A stretch of 63,473 bases of DNA, counting the filler, from Octopus bimaculoides (taxonomy: Eukaryota), in assembly GCF_001194135.2 (NCBI RefSeq). It is 5 parts of 5 records of this genome, joined end to end, with 100 filler letters (N's around TTAATTAATTAA, not from the genome) between each part and the next. Parts side by side here need not be neighbours in the genome. Positions count along the whole stretch, not along the records: positions 1 to 21,433 come from NC_068997.1; positions 21,534 to 50,965 come from NC_068985.1; 3 more parts are not named here. One strand, written 5' to 3'. Numbering within the stretch: position 1 is the first letter of the stretch; every line of letters starts with the position of its first letter. The notes below the pieces were generated by a model, which ran no database searches, was not told the origin of the DNA, and saw only the letters and a list, made by a program, of their open reading frames with translations. Shown here in pieces: positions 11,913-25,290 of this stretch. The translations under genes and the position numbers were made by a program.

Positions 11913-12473
11913 NNNNNNNNNNNNNNNNNNNNNNNNNNNNNNNNNNNNNNNNNNNNNNNNNNNNNNNNNNNNNNNNNNNNNNNNNNNNNNNNNNNNNNNN
12001 NNNNNNNNNNNNNNNNNNNNNNNNNNNNNNNNNNNNNNNNNNNNNNNNNNNNNNNNNNNNNNNNNNNNNNNNNNNNNNNNNNNNNNNNNNNNNNNNNNNN
12101 NNNNNNNNNNNNNNNNNNNNNNNNNNNNNNNNNNNNNNNNNNNNNNNNNNNNNNNNNNNNNNNNNNNNNNNNNNNNNNNNNNNNNNNNNNNNNNNNNNNN
12201 NNNNNNNNNNNNNNNNNNNNNNNNNNNNNNNNNNNNNNNNNNNNNNNNNNNNNNNNNNNNNNNNNNNNNNNNNNNNNNNNNNNNNNNNNNNNNNNNNNNN
12301 NNNNNNNNNNNNNNNNNNNNNNNNNNNNNNNNNNNNNNNNNNNNNNNNNNNNNNNNNNNNNNNNNNNNNNNNNNNNNNNNNNNNNNNNNNNNNNNNNNNN
12401 NNNNNNNNNNNNNNNNNNNNNNNNNNNNNNNNNNNNNNNNNNNNNNNNNNNNNNNNTATATATATATATATGT

Positions 12474-12690
12474 GTTTGTGTGTGTGTGTGTGTGTGTGTA
12501 CATATTTGTGTGTCTGTGTTTGTCCCCCCAACTATCACTTGACAACCGATGCTGGTGTGTTTTACGTCCCCGTAACTTAGCGGTTCGGTGAATGTGACCG
12601 ATAGAATAAGTCCTGGTGTCGATTTGCTGGACTAAAGGCGGTGCTCCAGCATGGCCACAGTCAAATGACTGAAACAAGTAGAAGAGTATA
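12474..12690 (+). mobile_element. SINE family A, 3' half (head probably in gap)
   Basis: TTGACAACCGATGCTGGTGTGTTTACGTCCCCGTAACTTAGCGGTTCGG...CAGCATGGCCACAGTCAAATGACTGAAACAAGT. Confidence 0.85.
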
Positions 12691-13658
12691 AAAGAAGATA
12701 TATCGACACCCGTACACCCGAATGACTTTGCCTATCCTCATTTCAAAGGGTCGTCGGCCTCATTATACCCGCTCCCCAACAGCAGCTTCACTCCTTTACA
12801 TGCACTGATACATATACGCATAAAAAAAGAGCCCTACCCACATGGAACTACTTATACATTCTCCCAAAATCAGGTTCTCTCATACNNNNNNNNNNNNNNN
12901 NNNNNNNNNNNNNNNNNNNNNNNNNNNNNNNNNNNNNNNNNNNNNNNNNNNNNNNNNNNNNNNNNNNNNNNNNNNNNNNNNNNNNNNNNNNNNNNNNNNN
13001 NNNNNNNNNNNNNNNNNNNNNNNNNNNNNNNNNNNNNNNNNNNNNNNNNNNNNNNNNNNNNNNNNNNNNNNNNNNNNNNNNNNNNNNNNNNNNNNNNNNN
13101 NNNNNNNNNNNNNNNNNNNNNNNNNNNNNNNNNNNNNNNNNNNNNNNNNNNNNNNNNNNNNNNNNNNNNNNNNNNNNNNNNNNNNNNNNNNNNNNNNNNN
13201 NNNNNNNNNNNNNNNNNNNNNNNNNNNNNNNNNNNNNNNNNNNNNNNNNNNNNNNNNNNNNNNNNNNNNNNNNNNNNNNNNNNNNNNNNNNNNNNNNNNN
13301 NNNNNNNNNNNNNNNNNNNNNNNNNNNNNNNNNNNNNNNNNNNNNNNNNNNNNNNNNNNNNNNNNNNNNNNNNNNNNNNNNNNNNNNNNNNNNNNNNNNN
13401 NNNNNNNNNNNNNNNNNNNNNNNNNNNNNNNNNNNNNNNNNNNNNNNNNNNNNNNNNNNNNNNNNNNNNNNNNNNNNNNNNNNNNNNNNNNNNNNNNNNN
13501 NNNNNNNNNNNNNNNNNNNNNNNNNNNNNNNNNNNNNNNNNNNNNNNNNNNNNNNNNNNNNNNNNNNNNNNNNNNNNNNNNNACACACACACACACACAT
13601 GTTGGCACACACACACACGTTGGCAAACACACACACAGACACACACACACACACGTTG

Positions 13659-13696
<38 letters not shown>

Positions 13697-13858
13697 TCAC
13701 ATACACGCACACACACACACAAAACACAGAGAACTGCGTCCACAGCCTCCAAACGGCAGGTTTATTTCGTCATATATACGTACATTAATACACATACACA
13801 TTAACATACACACATACACACATACATTAACATATTAAGACACACACCTCCATTAGCA

Positions 13859-13895
<37 letters not shown>

Positions 13896-13930
13896 ACACA
13901 CACACNNNNNNNNNNACACACACACACACA

Positions 13931-13961
<31 letters not shown>

Positions 13962-14334
13962 GCAGCTATACGCATGCAACCACCCAACGGCAGGTTCAGT
14001 CACTGAAACAGACCAAACACAGCCGGTTGCAGAATCACAATGAAACAGATCTGGCGTAGCCGGTCCTAAACGACAGCTTTTAAGTAGCGTGAAAGTATGG
14101 CTAGTTAATTCCCTTAAGCTTTCACTACACATTGTCAAACCGACTTGCGGGTGTTGTAGCAGTGTCATTGTTGTTGGTGTTGGTGGTGGTGGTGGTGGTG
14201 ATAGTGGTGCTGGCGAGAGAGGTCTGGCACGTACTGGCGATGAAGATCGATAATGATTGATACACTGATAGGTCAGGAAGAAAGGAAGAAAGAAAGAGAG
14301 AAGGACAGGAAAAAGATGGGAAAGAGACGGAGTA

Positions 14335-14376
<42 letters not shown>

Positions 14377-14989
14377 NNNNNNNNNNNNNNNNNNNNNNNN
14401 NNNNNNNNNNNNNNNNNNNNNNNNNNNNNNNNNNNNNNNNNNNNNNNNNNNNNNNNNNNNNNNNNNNNNNNNNNNNNNNNNNNNNNNNNNNNNNNNNNNN
14501 NNNNNNNNNNNNNNNNNNNNNNNNNNNNNNNNNNNNNNNNNNNNNNNNNNNNNNNNNNNNNNNNNNNNNNNNNNNNNNNNNNNNNNNNNNNNNNNNNNNN
14601 NNNNNNNNNNNNNNNNNNNNNNNNNNNNNNNNNNNNNNNNNNNNNNNNNNNNNNNNNNNNNNNNNNNNNNNNNNNNNNNNNNNNNNNNNNNNCACACACA
14701 CACACACACAAATATATATAATATCTATTCTTTTATTCGTTTCCGCAATGTGCCTACGGTCATGCTACAGCAATACCGGGAAAGAAAGTTTTAAAAAAAT
14801 CATGGGCTTAACGTGGAGTTTCGTGATCTACTGATCGAGCTAAACGGACTAAGGCAAGAAAAAGACCGCTGCATTATGTTTTCTAATAAACCGCTCACTT
14901 TCAGCTGGATTGCCATTTCGTATTAATACTGCTTCTGTCGCTATGCTATCATATTTAATAAGCCTACTGGATATGTACGATATCAGTAC

Positions 14990-15700
14990 ATGAAAAGACA
15001 CTGAAATTCCATATGAATCGTTAGGAGTGAGGTTTAATTGTCATGCTGCTACAGGACGTCTGTCACTGAGGAGACCAGGAAGGACGAAATCACGTGAACT
15101 GACAGTTACGGCGCCTGTAGCAGACGATTCTCGTTTGATAACGATATAAATATGATTGCTTTTATGCATCATCTTTAAAAAAGAAAAAAGTTCAACATTC
15201 GGTTTTCTGACAAAACGTCCACATAAAGATTGGACATAAAAATTGTCTTTTGAAACTGAAACTGCTTTTGCAAATTTATTTCAATGGTACTTGCAACAAC
15301 CGCTGCCTGATGTAGAGGCCTAGTTACACATAAGAAGAATAGCTTCATATATGATAATTGAAGGGTTATGATCGTATAAACATTTGAACAGTTTTAAAAA
15401 AATGATTCCTACGTAATTGCAGTCGTGAACATTGGTAGCCAATTCATTATTTTGGATGCAAATAACGAAACTTACAATTTACAATGAAGATGTTACAACA
15501 GAATCGATATGATGAACACTCGGCTTACATTCTGCTTCGCGTTGGAAAGCGAATGGGCGACTTGATACTGATAGCAATCATGAGGTTCCAAATGGCGTTC
15601 AAGTTGTAAGAAATAAAGACGAAATTATAAATCAAGCTTTTGGCAGTCGATTGGATCCAACCACATCAGAAGTCGTGAGAAAGTATTACAGAGGTAAAAA
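14990..15700 (+). mobile_element. Decayed Helitron-like Pif1 helicase remnant
   Basis: Frameshifted peptides CHAATGRLSLRRPGRTKSR (like motif Ia A-S/T-G...GGRT.HS), LQQPLP (like GDFRQLLP) and TMKMLQQNRYDEHSAYILLRVGK...NKDEIINQAFG (like LT.NMR...LL.VG.G), in the expected order. Recognised by eye only. Confidence 0.5.
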
Positions 15701-15766
15701 GCTTCATTACAGCTGAAATGGTTGTTGGAGTATTGTAAGGAAACTTCTTTAAATTTGTCTTTATTA

Positions 15767-16000
15767 GCCACTCGACCTGATGAAAATTCTAACTGGGCCC
15801 CACCTGCAAGGTCATGCGCTGTTTATCTCGATATGAGATCACCATGTCGTGCACATATGGTTGTGATGCATGTGCCTGGTGTACCCTTATCAGACGGGCA
15901 GTCATGATGGGTATAATGGGCTTCGTATATTTTACGCCAGTGTCACTTTGATGGCATGCACTGCTCTCTCACTCAATAATGATAATTATAATAATAATAA
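15767..16000 (+). mobile_element. 3' UTR-type repeat ending in (TAA)n, homologous to the tail of the R4/Dong-like remnant at 37.0 kb
   Basis: CTCGACCTGATGAAAATTCTAACTGGGCCCCACCTGCAAGGTC...CTCTCACTCAATAAT matches 37006-37185. Confidence 0.75.
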
Positions 16001-16010
16001 TGAGAAGAAT

Positions 16011-16228
16011 CCTTTTTACTATAGACACAAGGTCTAAAATTTGTGGGGAGGGGACTAGTCGATTACATCAATCTCAGTGTTTGGCTGGTACTTCATTTAT
16101 CGACCCCTCAAAAAGATGAAAGGCAAAGTTGACTTCGGCGGAATTTGAACTCAGAACGTAAAGACAGAGGAAGTGCTGCTAAGCATTTTGTCCTGCGCGC
16201 TAACGATTCTGCCAGCTCTCCGCCTATT
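16011..16228 (-). mobile_element. SINE family B (GGCGGCGAGCTGGCAGAATCGTTAGC head, associated with TAA repeats)
   Basis: Reverse complement of the copies at 60301-60905; flanked by (AAT)n. Confidence 0.85.
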
Positions 16229-16252
16229 ATCTTCTACAACAACAACAACAAC

Positions 16253-16314
<62 letters not shown>

Positions 16315-16612
16315 TAATAATAATAATAATAATGACGATGACGATGCTGATGAGGGTGTTGGTGGTGGTTGTGGTGGTGTTGCTGATGGTATGATGATGA
16401 TAGTTATGTTAATGATGGTGATGATGAAAATAATGATGATGATTATGATGATGACGATCACTTCTTTTAATAATAATGATAATAATAATAATAGTAAAAG
16501 TAATGATAATCAGATATGCATGCTTACGTACACACATGTAACACGTACAAACATAATAAACCGAGGTGTTTTATCTGTGAGGCTAATTTATCGCACTCTC
16601 TTCACACACACA

Positions 16613-16727
<115 letters not shown>

Positions 16728-17238
16728 ACTCTTCCACTTTAATCTTTCCTTTCACTACACCTCATACGCAAGCTCCTACTTCAGTGCTTGCTCAGAGCTT
16801 TTCTTTGGCGTAAATAGACACTTAAAGAACGAGGTTCTGGTGTGAAAACGGCACGCTGCATTTTCCGTATCACTATATCTATTAGCAGACTAGAAGGTGC
16901 TGACGAGCTTAAGTTTGGAAGAAACTAAATAATTCAAACCTGTTCACTATGGAATACTACAAATTATTTTGCCTTTGGAAATAGTGAGTCCAAAATGAAA
17001 ATTTCCAAGTCATACTAATTCGTGGCTTCAAATCAAGCCCCGTCGTTACCTACAAATTGATGCATGTGTAATTTATGTATACACCTATATACATACATAC
17101 ATACATACATACATATATCTACTTACGTACTTACATACGTACGTACGTACACACATACATACGTACGTACGTACACACGTACATACGTACATACATACTT
17201 ACGCGCTCAAACATATATACATACGTATCGTATATATC

Positions 17239-17280
<42 letters not shown>

Positions 17281-17368
17281 CATATCCATCTTATGCGTAT
17301 AATGTGCCTATGTGTCTATATATGCGCACACATATACTGACATATACACACATACACACTTAAACACA

Positions 17369-17406
<38 letters not shown>

Positions 17407-17416
17407 NNNNNNNNNN

Positions 17417-17450
<34 letters not shown>

Positions 17451-17561
17451 AAATTATATGTATATACAAATATATATGTATATGTATAAATGTACATATG
17501 TACAATATATATATACATACATAGCTACACATACCTTATCATATAGCTGTATATATTTCCA

Positions 17562-17638
<77 letters not shown>

Positions 17639-17769
17639 GCAAATTATATTTCTACCCGATAATCCAGTTTCAGTGTTGAGATGAAACGATGAAATCGCTA
17701 ACACCATTCCTGTAAAACTGAAGAATCTTTACCAATAGTTCTCACAATTCCGCAGACTTAAGGGAAACT

Positions 17770-19080
17770 GGTGCAACACTGTGTATTGTATTGATGTACA
17801 TGCATATTGTCTATGTTTGAGTACTGTACTTTATGTACAGCTGTAGTGTGCATTATGTACAGTGTATCGCAAATTGTGTGTTGTGAAATGCGTGTATTGT
17901 GTACTCTATGTATTTTTGTGTTGTGTACCGTTTGTATTGCACTAAGTATTGTGTACTGTGTTTTGTTTATTGTATGCTGTGTATTGTATGTTGTGCTCCG
18001 TGTTTTGTGTATTGTGTACTGTTCATTCAATGTTTGATATGTACTGTGCGTAGTTTATTGTGTATATGTATTGTGTGTTGTCTGGTATGTATTGTGCACT
18101 GTGTATTGTGTGTTGTGCGCTGTGTACTGTGTATTGTGTATTGTGCATTGTATGTTTGCTACGTATTGTATATAGCTTATTGTGTTTTATGTACTGTGTG
18201 GTGCGTGCTGTGTATCGTGTATTGTCTGTTATGTACTTTGTACTGTGTATTGTGCGCTGTTACTGGTATTGTGGGTTGTGAGCGGTGCAGTGTGTTGTAT
18301 GCTATCTATTGAATATTGTGTGTTGCGTACCGTATGCTGTGTATTAGGTATTGTGCACTGTGTATTTTGTACTATATGCTGTGTGTTGTGTATTGTGTAT
18401 TGCATATTGCGAACTGTGTTTTGTGTATAGTGTGATGTGTGTATTGTGTGTTGCGTTGTGTTTTGTGTGTTGCGTTGTGTTTTGTGTGTTGTGTGCTGTG
18501 TGATAGCATTGTGCGCTGAATAATGTGTTTTGTGCCCTATGTACTGTACATCATAAAATGTGTTGTATGTTTTGTACAGTATGTGAATGCGCATGGCTTA
18601 GTGGTTTGTGTGTTCAACTCACAATCGTAAAGTTGTGAGTTTGATTTCCGGTGGTGTATTGTGTTCTTGAGCACGACCCTTTATTTCCCGTTACTCCAGT
18701 CCACTTAGCTGGCAAAAATGAATTATATACCTGTAATTCAAAAGGGGCCAGCTTTGTCACATTCGGTATGTCATGCTGATTCTCCTTGAGAACTACGTTA
18801 AGGATGCACTCATCTGTGGAGTGCTCGGCCAGTTGCACGTTAATTTCAGGACCACGCTGTTCGGTTGATCGAATCAACTGGATCTTCGTCGTAACCAACG
18901 GAGTACCCAGCCAAATCGTGTAGTGTGTACTGTGTGTGGTTTACTGTGTAATGTGTGCCGTGTATTGTATGAAATTGTGTATATATAGAGTAGCGTGTAT
19001 TGTTTGTTGTGTAGCGTGTTATATGAACTAATTACTATGCCTTGTTAGGTTGTGTATAATGAGTTGTGTATTATGTGTGC
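17770..19080. repeat. Degenerate TGTGTAT/TGTGTTG-type cryptic satellite interrupted by a SINE
   Basis: Recurrent TATTGTGT/TGTGTACTG motifs; C/V/Y/L-rich pseudo-ORFs. Confidence 0.85.
18590..18905 (+). mobile_element. SINE family D-related copy
   Basis: TGGCTTAGTGG A box; tail GAGAACTACGTTAAGG...GGAGTGCTCGGCCAGTTGCACGTTAATTTC...CGTCGTAACCAACGGAGT shared with 5369-5750. Confidence 0.75.
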
Positions 19081-19193
19081 ATTTGGGAGAGGCTGGCGAA
19101 ATAGTTGAATAATAAAATGGAAGCTGGAATTAAGCAGAGTAATGATGTAAATTGAAGACTGAGAGAGAAAGAGTAGAACTTAAATAAGGAGAC

Positions 19194-19254
<61 letters not shown>

Positions 19255-19443
19255 NNNNNNNNNNNNNNNNNNNNNNNNNNNNNNNNNNNNNNNNNNNNNN
19301 NNNNNNNNNNNNNNNNNNNNNNNNNNNNNNNNNNNNNNNNNNNNNNNNNNNNNNNNNNNNNNNNNNNNNTATGAATATGAGGAGAAAGGCGGCGTGGGAG
19401 AGAGGGGTGAGAGAGTGAAAGAGAAAGAGAGAGAGAGAAAGAT

Positions 19444-19492
<49 letters not shown>

Positions 19493-19499
19493 GAGAGAA

Positions 19500-19542
<43 letters not shown>

Positions 19543-19869
19543 GAAAGAGAGAAAGAGAAAACAATCTTCTTATTAAATCTATTGGGTTGCGGTGAGAAGA
19601 TTGGTGGGAACAGAGTCACGAGAGGAACACACCTCACGGAAACGAGAAAGAGAAAGAAAGAAAGAAAGGATGAGTGAATGAAAATGAAACAGAGAAACAC
19701 AGAGAAAGACTTAGATGGAAAATAAGAGAGATGGTGAGCGCCAAAAGAACTTAAGAAGGCGAAAAAGAAAGTCAGACATTTTTCTTATTGAATAACGTTT
19801 TGTCTCCCATAAGTACAATGTTTTATATATGTATGTATATATAAGTGCATGTACGTGTGTAAGTGTGTG

Positions 19870-19948
<79 letters not shown>

Positions 19949-20716
19949 NNNNNNNNNNNNNNNNNNNNNNNNNNNNNNNNNNNNNNNNNNNNNNNNNNNN
20001 NNNNNNNNNNNNNNNNNNNNNNNNNNNNNNNNNNNNNNNNNNNNNNNNNNNNNNNNNNNNNNNNNNNNNNNNNNNNNNNNNNNNNNNNNNNNNNNNNNNN
20101 NNNNNNNNNNNNNNNNNNNNNNNNNNNNNNNNNNNNNNNNNNNNNNNNNNNNNNNNNNNNNNNNNNNNNNNNNNNNNNNNNNNNNNNNNNNNNNNNNNNN
20201 NNNNNNNNNNNNNNNNNNNNNNNNNNNNNNNNNNNNNNNNNNNNNNNNNNNNNNNNNNNNNNNNNNNNNNNNNNNNNNNNNNNNNNNNNNNNNNNNNNNN
20301 NNNNNNNNNNNNNNNNNNNNNNNNNNNNNNNNNNNNNNNNNNNNNNNNNNNNNNNNNNNNNNNNNNNNNNNNNNNNNNNNNNNNNNNNNNNNNNNNNNNN
20401 NNNNNNNNNNNNNNNNNNNNTATATATATATATATATATATGATTCCTTTATTCTTTTCCTCTTTTACTTGTTTCAGTCATTTGACTGCGGCCATGCTGG
20501 AGCAACGCCTTTTAGTCGAACAAAGCAACCCCAGGACTTATTGTTTGTAAGCCTAGTACTTATCCAATCGCTCTCCTTTGCCGAACGACTAAGTTACGGG
20601 GATATAACATAAACACACCAAAGAGCATCACAGCAAACCACAGCACATACCCAAGGCACACAGAGCTGCGCTCGGCAGTGAAGTGAAAGCGCGTTATAAA
20701 AATAAAACTACTGAAC

Positions 20717-20763
<47 letters not shown>

Positions 20764-21363
20764 CAATAAGAGTAAAAAGTATGTATGATGGTCACGGCTG
20801 GAACGCTTTTTAATATAGAACTGCTCGATCAGGGTCGATCTGGAGCTAAAGATCAACAACAGCAAGAAAACGAAGTCGAAGAGCAACAATAACATTTTGT
20901 GGTAACTTAACCAACTTAGACAAACAAGAACCTAAATGAAAGCGCTATCGCTACATACTTCGTTCACTTTCATTGATCCTAGCACATTAATGGTGAATTA
21001 ACGTCAAAATAAACAAACGAATAAGCGAATAAAGGAATAAATAAAGAAACTGAAATCTGGATTCTCAATTTCGTAACGTTTCTCTCGAGTTGCGCTAAAG
21101 CCGCACACCTGCGCAATCGTAATAGAGAAATGGAAGGAAGAGAGTTAATGCGAGGATATTGTTTTAGTATAATAACGTTGTTTATAGAAGGAATAATAGC
21201 AGCTTATCCCCTTGTTCCAAGGATAAAAGAATATACATTTAGGCTGAGATAAACAGACAAGCAGTCAGGAGTGGATATACATACATGATACATACATACA
21301 TACACATACATAATACATACATATATATATATATATATGTATGTATGTATGTACGTATGTATG

Positions 21364-21433
<70 letters not shown>

Positions 21434-21533
21434 NNNNNNNNNNNNNNNNNNNNNNNNNNNNNNNNNNNNNNNNNNNNTTAATTAATTAANNNNNNNNNNN
21501 NNNNNNNNNNNNNNNNNNNNNNNNNNNNNNNNN
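21434..21533. other. Artificial 100-nt scaffold spacer (44 N + TTAATTAATTAA + 44 N)
   Basis: The 12-mer gives stops in all six frames and sits centred in N runs; it recurs at 51010, 55121 and 58650. Confidence 0.9.
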
Positions 21534-21699
21534 TTTTTTTTTTTTTTTTTTCTGTCAGAAGAAGGTAGTACCTATGATCCTCTACCAGGTCTTTAAGACT
21601 CTAGAAGGGAGAGGGAAAGGTATCATCAAACTGAAGAACTAGCTTAAATGCTTGTAACAGAGTGGGTAGCACTTGACATAGTGCCCCTGTCTTTTATCC

Positions 21700-22111
21700 C
21701 TTATTTTTTGTTTCAGTTATTAGTTGCGGTCATGCTGGGGCACCACCTTGAAGAATTTTAGTCAAACGAATCAACCCTAGTGGTTTTCTTTTTTTTTTAA
21801 GCCTGGTACTTATACTATTGGTTTCTTTTGTCAAACTGCTAAGTTATGGGGTCGTAAATACACCAACACTAGCTCTCAAGAGGTAAGGGAGCAGGAGACA
21901 AACACAGACACAAGGATACATACACACACATATATATATACACACACACGATAGTTTTCTTTTAGTTTCCATCAACCAAATCCACTCACAAGGGTTAGGT
22001 CAGCCTGAGGGTGTAATAGAAAACAGTTAAACAAGGTGCTACGCAGTGGAACTGAACTCAGAACCATGTGATTGGGAAGCAAACTTCTTACCATACAGCT
22101 ACTCCTGCACC
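21700..22111 (-). mobile_element. SINE family A, full length, CpG-decayed
   Basis: Antisense match to the family A head and tail. Confidence 0.85.
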
Positions 22112-22924
22112 TATATTAAAGCTTTTATAGAAATTAATAAAGAAAGCAAGGACTTTATATAACAAAATGATGTTGGACATTAACGTATTGCCATTCATGT
22201 TTCTACTCACTGATAACACAAAGTCTTATTCATATTTTAATCGCCAAAAATAATTTTATGAAAATGTGTTTCAAATAAAACAATTCAACATGATCTTAAT
22301 AATTTATTTTTAAGAAAACCCAAAGCCTTCCCATTCAGCTCCTCATCCAAAGCACCCTTTAACATTTACTCTCCTCCTCTCTGCCAGCATGGCACATGGA
22401 CATTAAATGATGATAATGACACAAGTTCACAATATCCCAAGGAAGAACTTAACGCCTAGGTCAAGGACTAATGATTTAGAGATGCTTAAACTTATGAACA
22501 AGAAGACAAAATATATACAAAATTCTGTATTGATTCTGTCAACTTTAATGTCCTTTAAATGCAATATATTCAACTTGGAGAAGGAAAAAAAAAAGAACAG
22601 AATTATGTGAAGTTATTCACTGAGTTTACAAATTTAATGAACACTCAGAATATGAAAGGAAGTTTCATGCACACATCACAATTTCTCCCTCCACCCTCTC
22701 TCTCTTTCTCTTTCTCTCTCTTTCTCCGTTATTCTAATCTGATCTAATTCTGCCATTCCCATCTTCACCTCTATTTCTGATAACTGACTAAAATTAGACA
22801 GTAAATGATTGAATTAGACACTAGAAACTGAATACTAACAAGTTATTAACAAGCTTTACTCTCATCAAGTAACAGCTATAACTCACCATCTTTTCTTTAA
22901 TCATAATAGCTTTTGGGGATAGTG

Positions 22925-23080
22925 AGCAGTGAAGATTGTAACTGCGCCGGACAGAATGCTTAGCAGCATTTCTTCAGGTTGTTTTGCATTCCGTGTTCAA
23001 ATGCCTTCAAGATCAACTTTGTCTTTTATTCTTTTTGGGAGTTGATAAAATAAGTGCAAGCTGAGCACAGTGACTGATGT
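22925..23080 (+). mobile_element. SINE family B, decayed
   Basis: GGACAGAATGCTTAGCAGCATTTC...GTTCAAATGCC...GATCAACTTTG. Confidence 0.6.
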
Positions 23081-23351
23081 GGCCTTGTACCACACACACA
23101 CACAGACACTTAATGTATTTAAAAAAAGGGGCACAAGTTCCAGAAGATTACAACACCTGATCACAACAGTTGTTAGCTATGGAAACAAGCAAAGGCCTTA
23201 CAATTAAAATAGCTTCAAATACAGCAAGACTTTTCACAGAACAATAATTTGCTAATTCAGAGAAACAGAAGATGAAGACAGCAACAACATCGACCCTTTA
23301 TCATTTAAACCAGCTATATCCAGCCCAAAATATTCTACACTCAAATATTCT

Positions 23352-23710
23352 ATTCTTTTATTCTTTTACTTGTTTCAGTCATTTGACTGTGGCCATGCTG
23401 GAGCACTGCCTTTTAGTCGAAGAAATCAACTCTAGAACATATTCTTTGTAAGCCTGGCACTTATTCTACCAGTCTCTTTTGTTGAACCACAATGTTATGG
23501 GGACGTAAAAGCACCAACATTGGTTGTCAAGCAATGGGGGGGGGGGACAAACACAGACACAAATACACACACACACACACACACACATGATGGGCTTCTT
23601 TCAGTTTCCATCTACCAAATCCACACACAAAGCTTTGGTCAGCCAAGCTATAGTAGAAGGCACTTGCCCAAGGTGCCATGCAATGGGATTGAACCCAGAA
23701 CCATGTGGTT
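23352..23710 (-). mobile_element. SINE family A (5' end in gap)
   Basis: Antisense tail and body match. Confidence 0.85.
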
Positions 23711-23810
23711 NNNNNNNNNNNNNNNNNNNNNNNNNNNNNNNNNNNNNNNNNNNNNNNNNNNNNNNNNNNNNNNNNNNNNNNNNNNNNNNNNNNNNNNNNN
23801 NNNNNNNNNN

Positions 23811-25290
23811 ATAAAAATAATAATAACTAAAATTAGTAAGAAGGATGAAATTAATGAAAAAAACTGAAGGTGTGTTTCCTCCAATGCTGGCATCTGTATG
23901 CTCTCTGAGTTATCTGGTTTACTAAATTATTCTTGGAGAACAGAATGTGGAATAGTTCCAAGTTACAGAGAGGACAAAAATCCTTACCTTTGTCGTAGGG
24001 TATTGAGGTAGCCAGTATTGACCATTCCAAAGAGAATTGTTTATTGCATTTCTTAAGTTTCCAGATTGATTTACTTAGACCGGTACTATTAATTTTATTC
24101 CTATCCCTAAAGGAAGAATAATGGTTGGAAATTCTCTTGGAGACCTGCGTCAAGGAGCTACCCACATAGAATGAGACCTCTGTGTTAGTTGTTACCTTAC
24201 ATTGATAAACCACATTTCTGGTCCTAGCATTCGCACTGAAAAACATGATTCTATTACAATTAGATTCCGAGATACTAATCTTATTGTTGTTATAGTGATT
24301 GTTATATATACTAATGTTGTACTTATTACCTATATTTTTACCTAAATAACTATTGCTACCATATGAGTGTGTTATTATCATTACTATTATTATCATCATA
24401 ATTGGGATGGCTGACTAGAGATGAATCTAAAAGTCTAAAATTATGGGAAGATATTATCTGTAACATATTTTTAGTGTTAGAAAACTCAAATCTAACTTTA
24501 TGTGTGTTGGTGATTGGGTAATAGTGAGAACCCCTAGGAAAGTTCCTACTCACCTTATTGAAAATGTGGGAGTTAGAGGATAGTTTAGAAAGTCTGATTG
24601 AAATACTCTTAACCAAATTACTGGTGATAGACCTAGGATGGTTACTAAAAGGGCTTATGTACCTGAGATTAGTTGATGGTTTATGGAAAGGAAAATGTGT
24701 GTTACTATGTAAGTCTAAAGTTACGTCTAGAAAGTTTGCTACGGAGACCTCATCCTCAACAACGATGCCAAAACCCATTCTCCGGGAGAATCTAGCTAAT
24801 CTATTTTTAACCTTTTAGATGCGCTGGGTAGTGACATTATGGAGGTATAGCAGACAATCATCTCTGTATAGACCTCCATTAATGTTAGGGAACTGGTCTG
24901 CCATTTCATATAATATATACGAACAAACTACATCAGCTGTTAGAGTTGAATCCGAACTTCCCATAGGAATATCAAAAGCCTCTGGAGTATCCTTGCGAAT
25001 CCATAGCTTATTGTTAAATTTTATAATTGATTTACGAGCCACTAATATTACACTAATTTCGTCCCTAGAAAGACCTGCCTTATTATGGGCAAACCAAAGT
25101 GCCTTGTTAAGGATAATGGGGTTAATAGATGAGTAGAAACTAGAGATGTCGAACTATATAAATTTGGTATTACTCCCGTCTTTAATTGAATTAAACCCTT
25201 TCTCCTTTACTTAGATTTCTTGTCTATCATTATTTAGAACTTTAGACTTTTGGATTTTACTGCAGTTCATTATGTCTTCTTGTAATTTAA
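23811..25290 (-). mobile_element. Penelope-like retroelement (RT + C-terminal GIY-YIG endonuclease), 5'-truncated and frameshifted
   Basis: RT motifs FDISSFY, FDIPMGS, GGLYRDD; thumb NFLDVTLDL...FHKP...SNHPRSI; linker SNCNR; endonuclease VVYQCKV...FYVGSS...NHYSSF...STGLSKSIWKLK...LEWSI...FCPLCNLE...CQH. Confidence 0.92.

Noticed and set aside
13950-14330. Non-repetitive stretch within a minus-strand 283-aa ORF
   Set aside because: The ORF is mostly gap and microsatellite; the unique part has no recognisable domain or splice support.
16880-16930. CTGACGA...GAAAC hammerhead-like spacing
   Set aside because: Stem II does not close next to GAAA, and no stem I or stem III pairing is present.
21478-21489. 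TTAATTAATTAA repeated four times in the window (also 51010, 55121, 58650)
   Set aside because: Always centred in a 100-nt N spacer; an artificial all-frame-stop scaffold linker, not biology.
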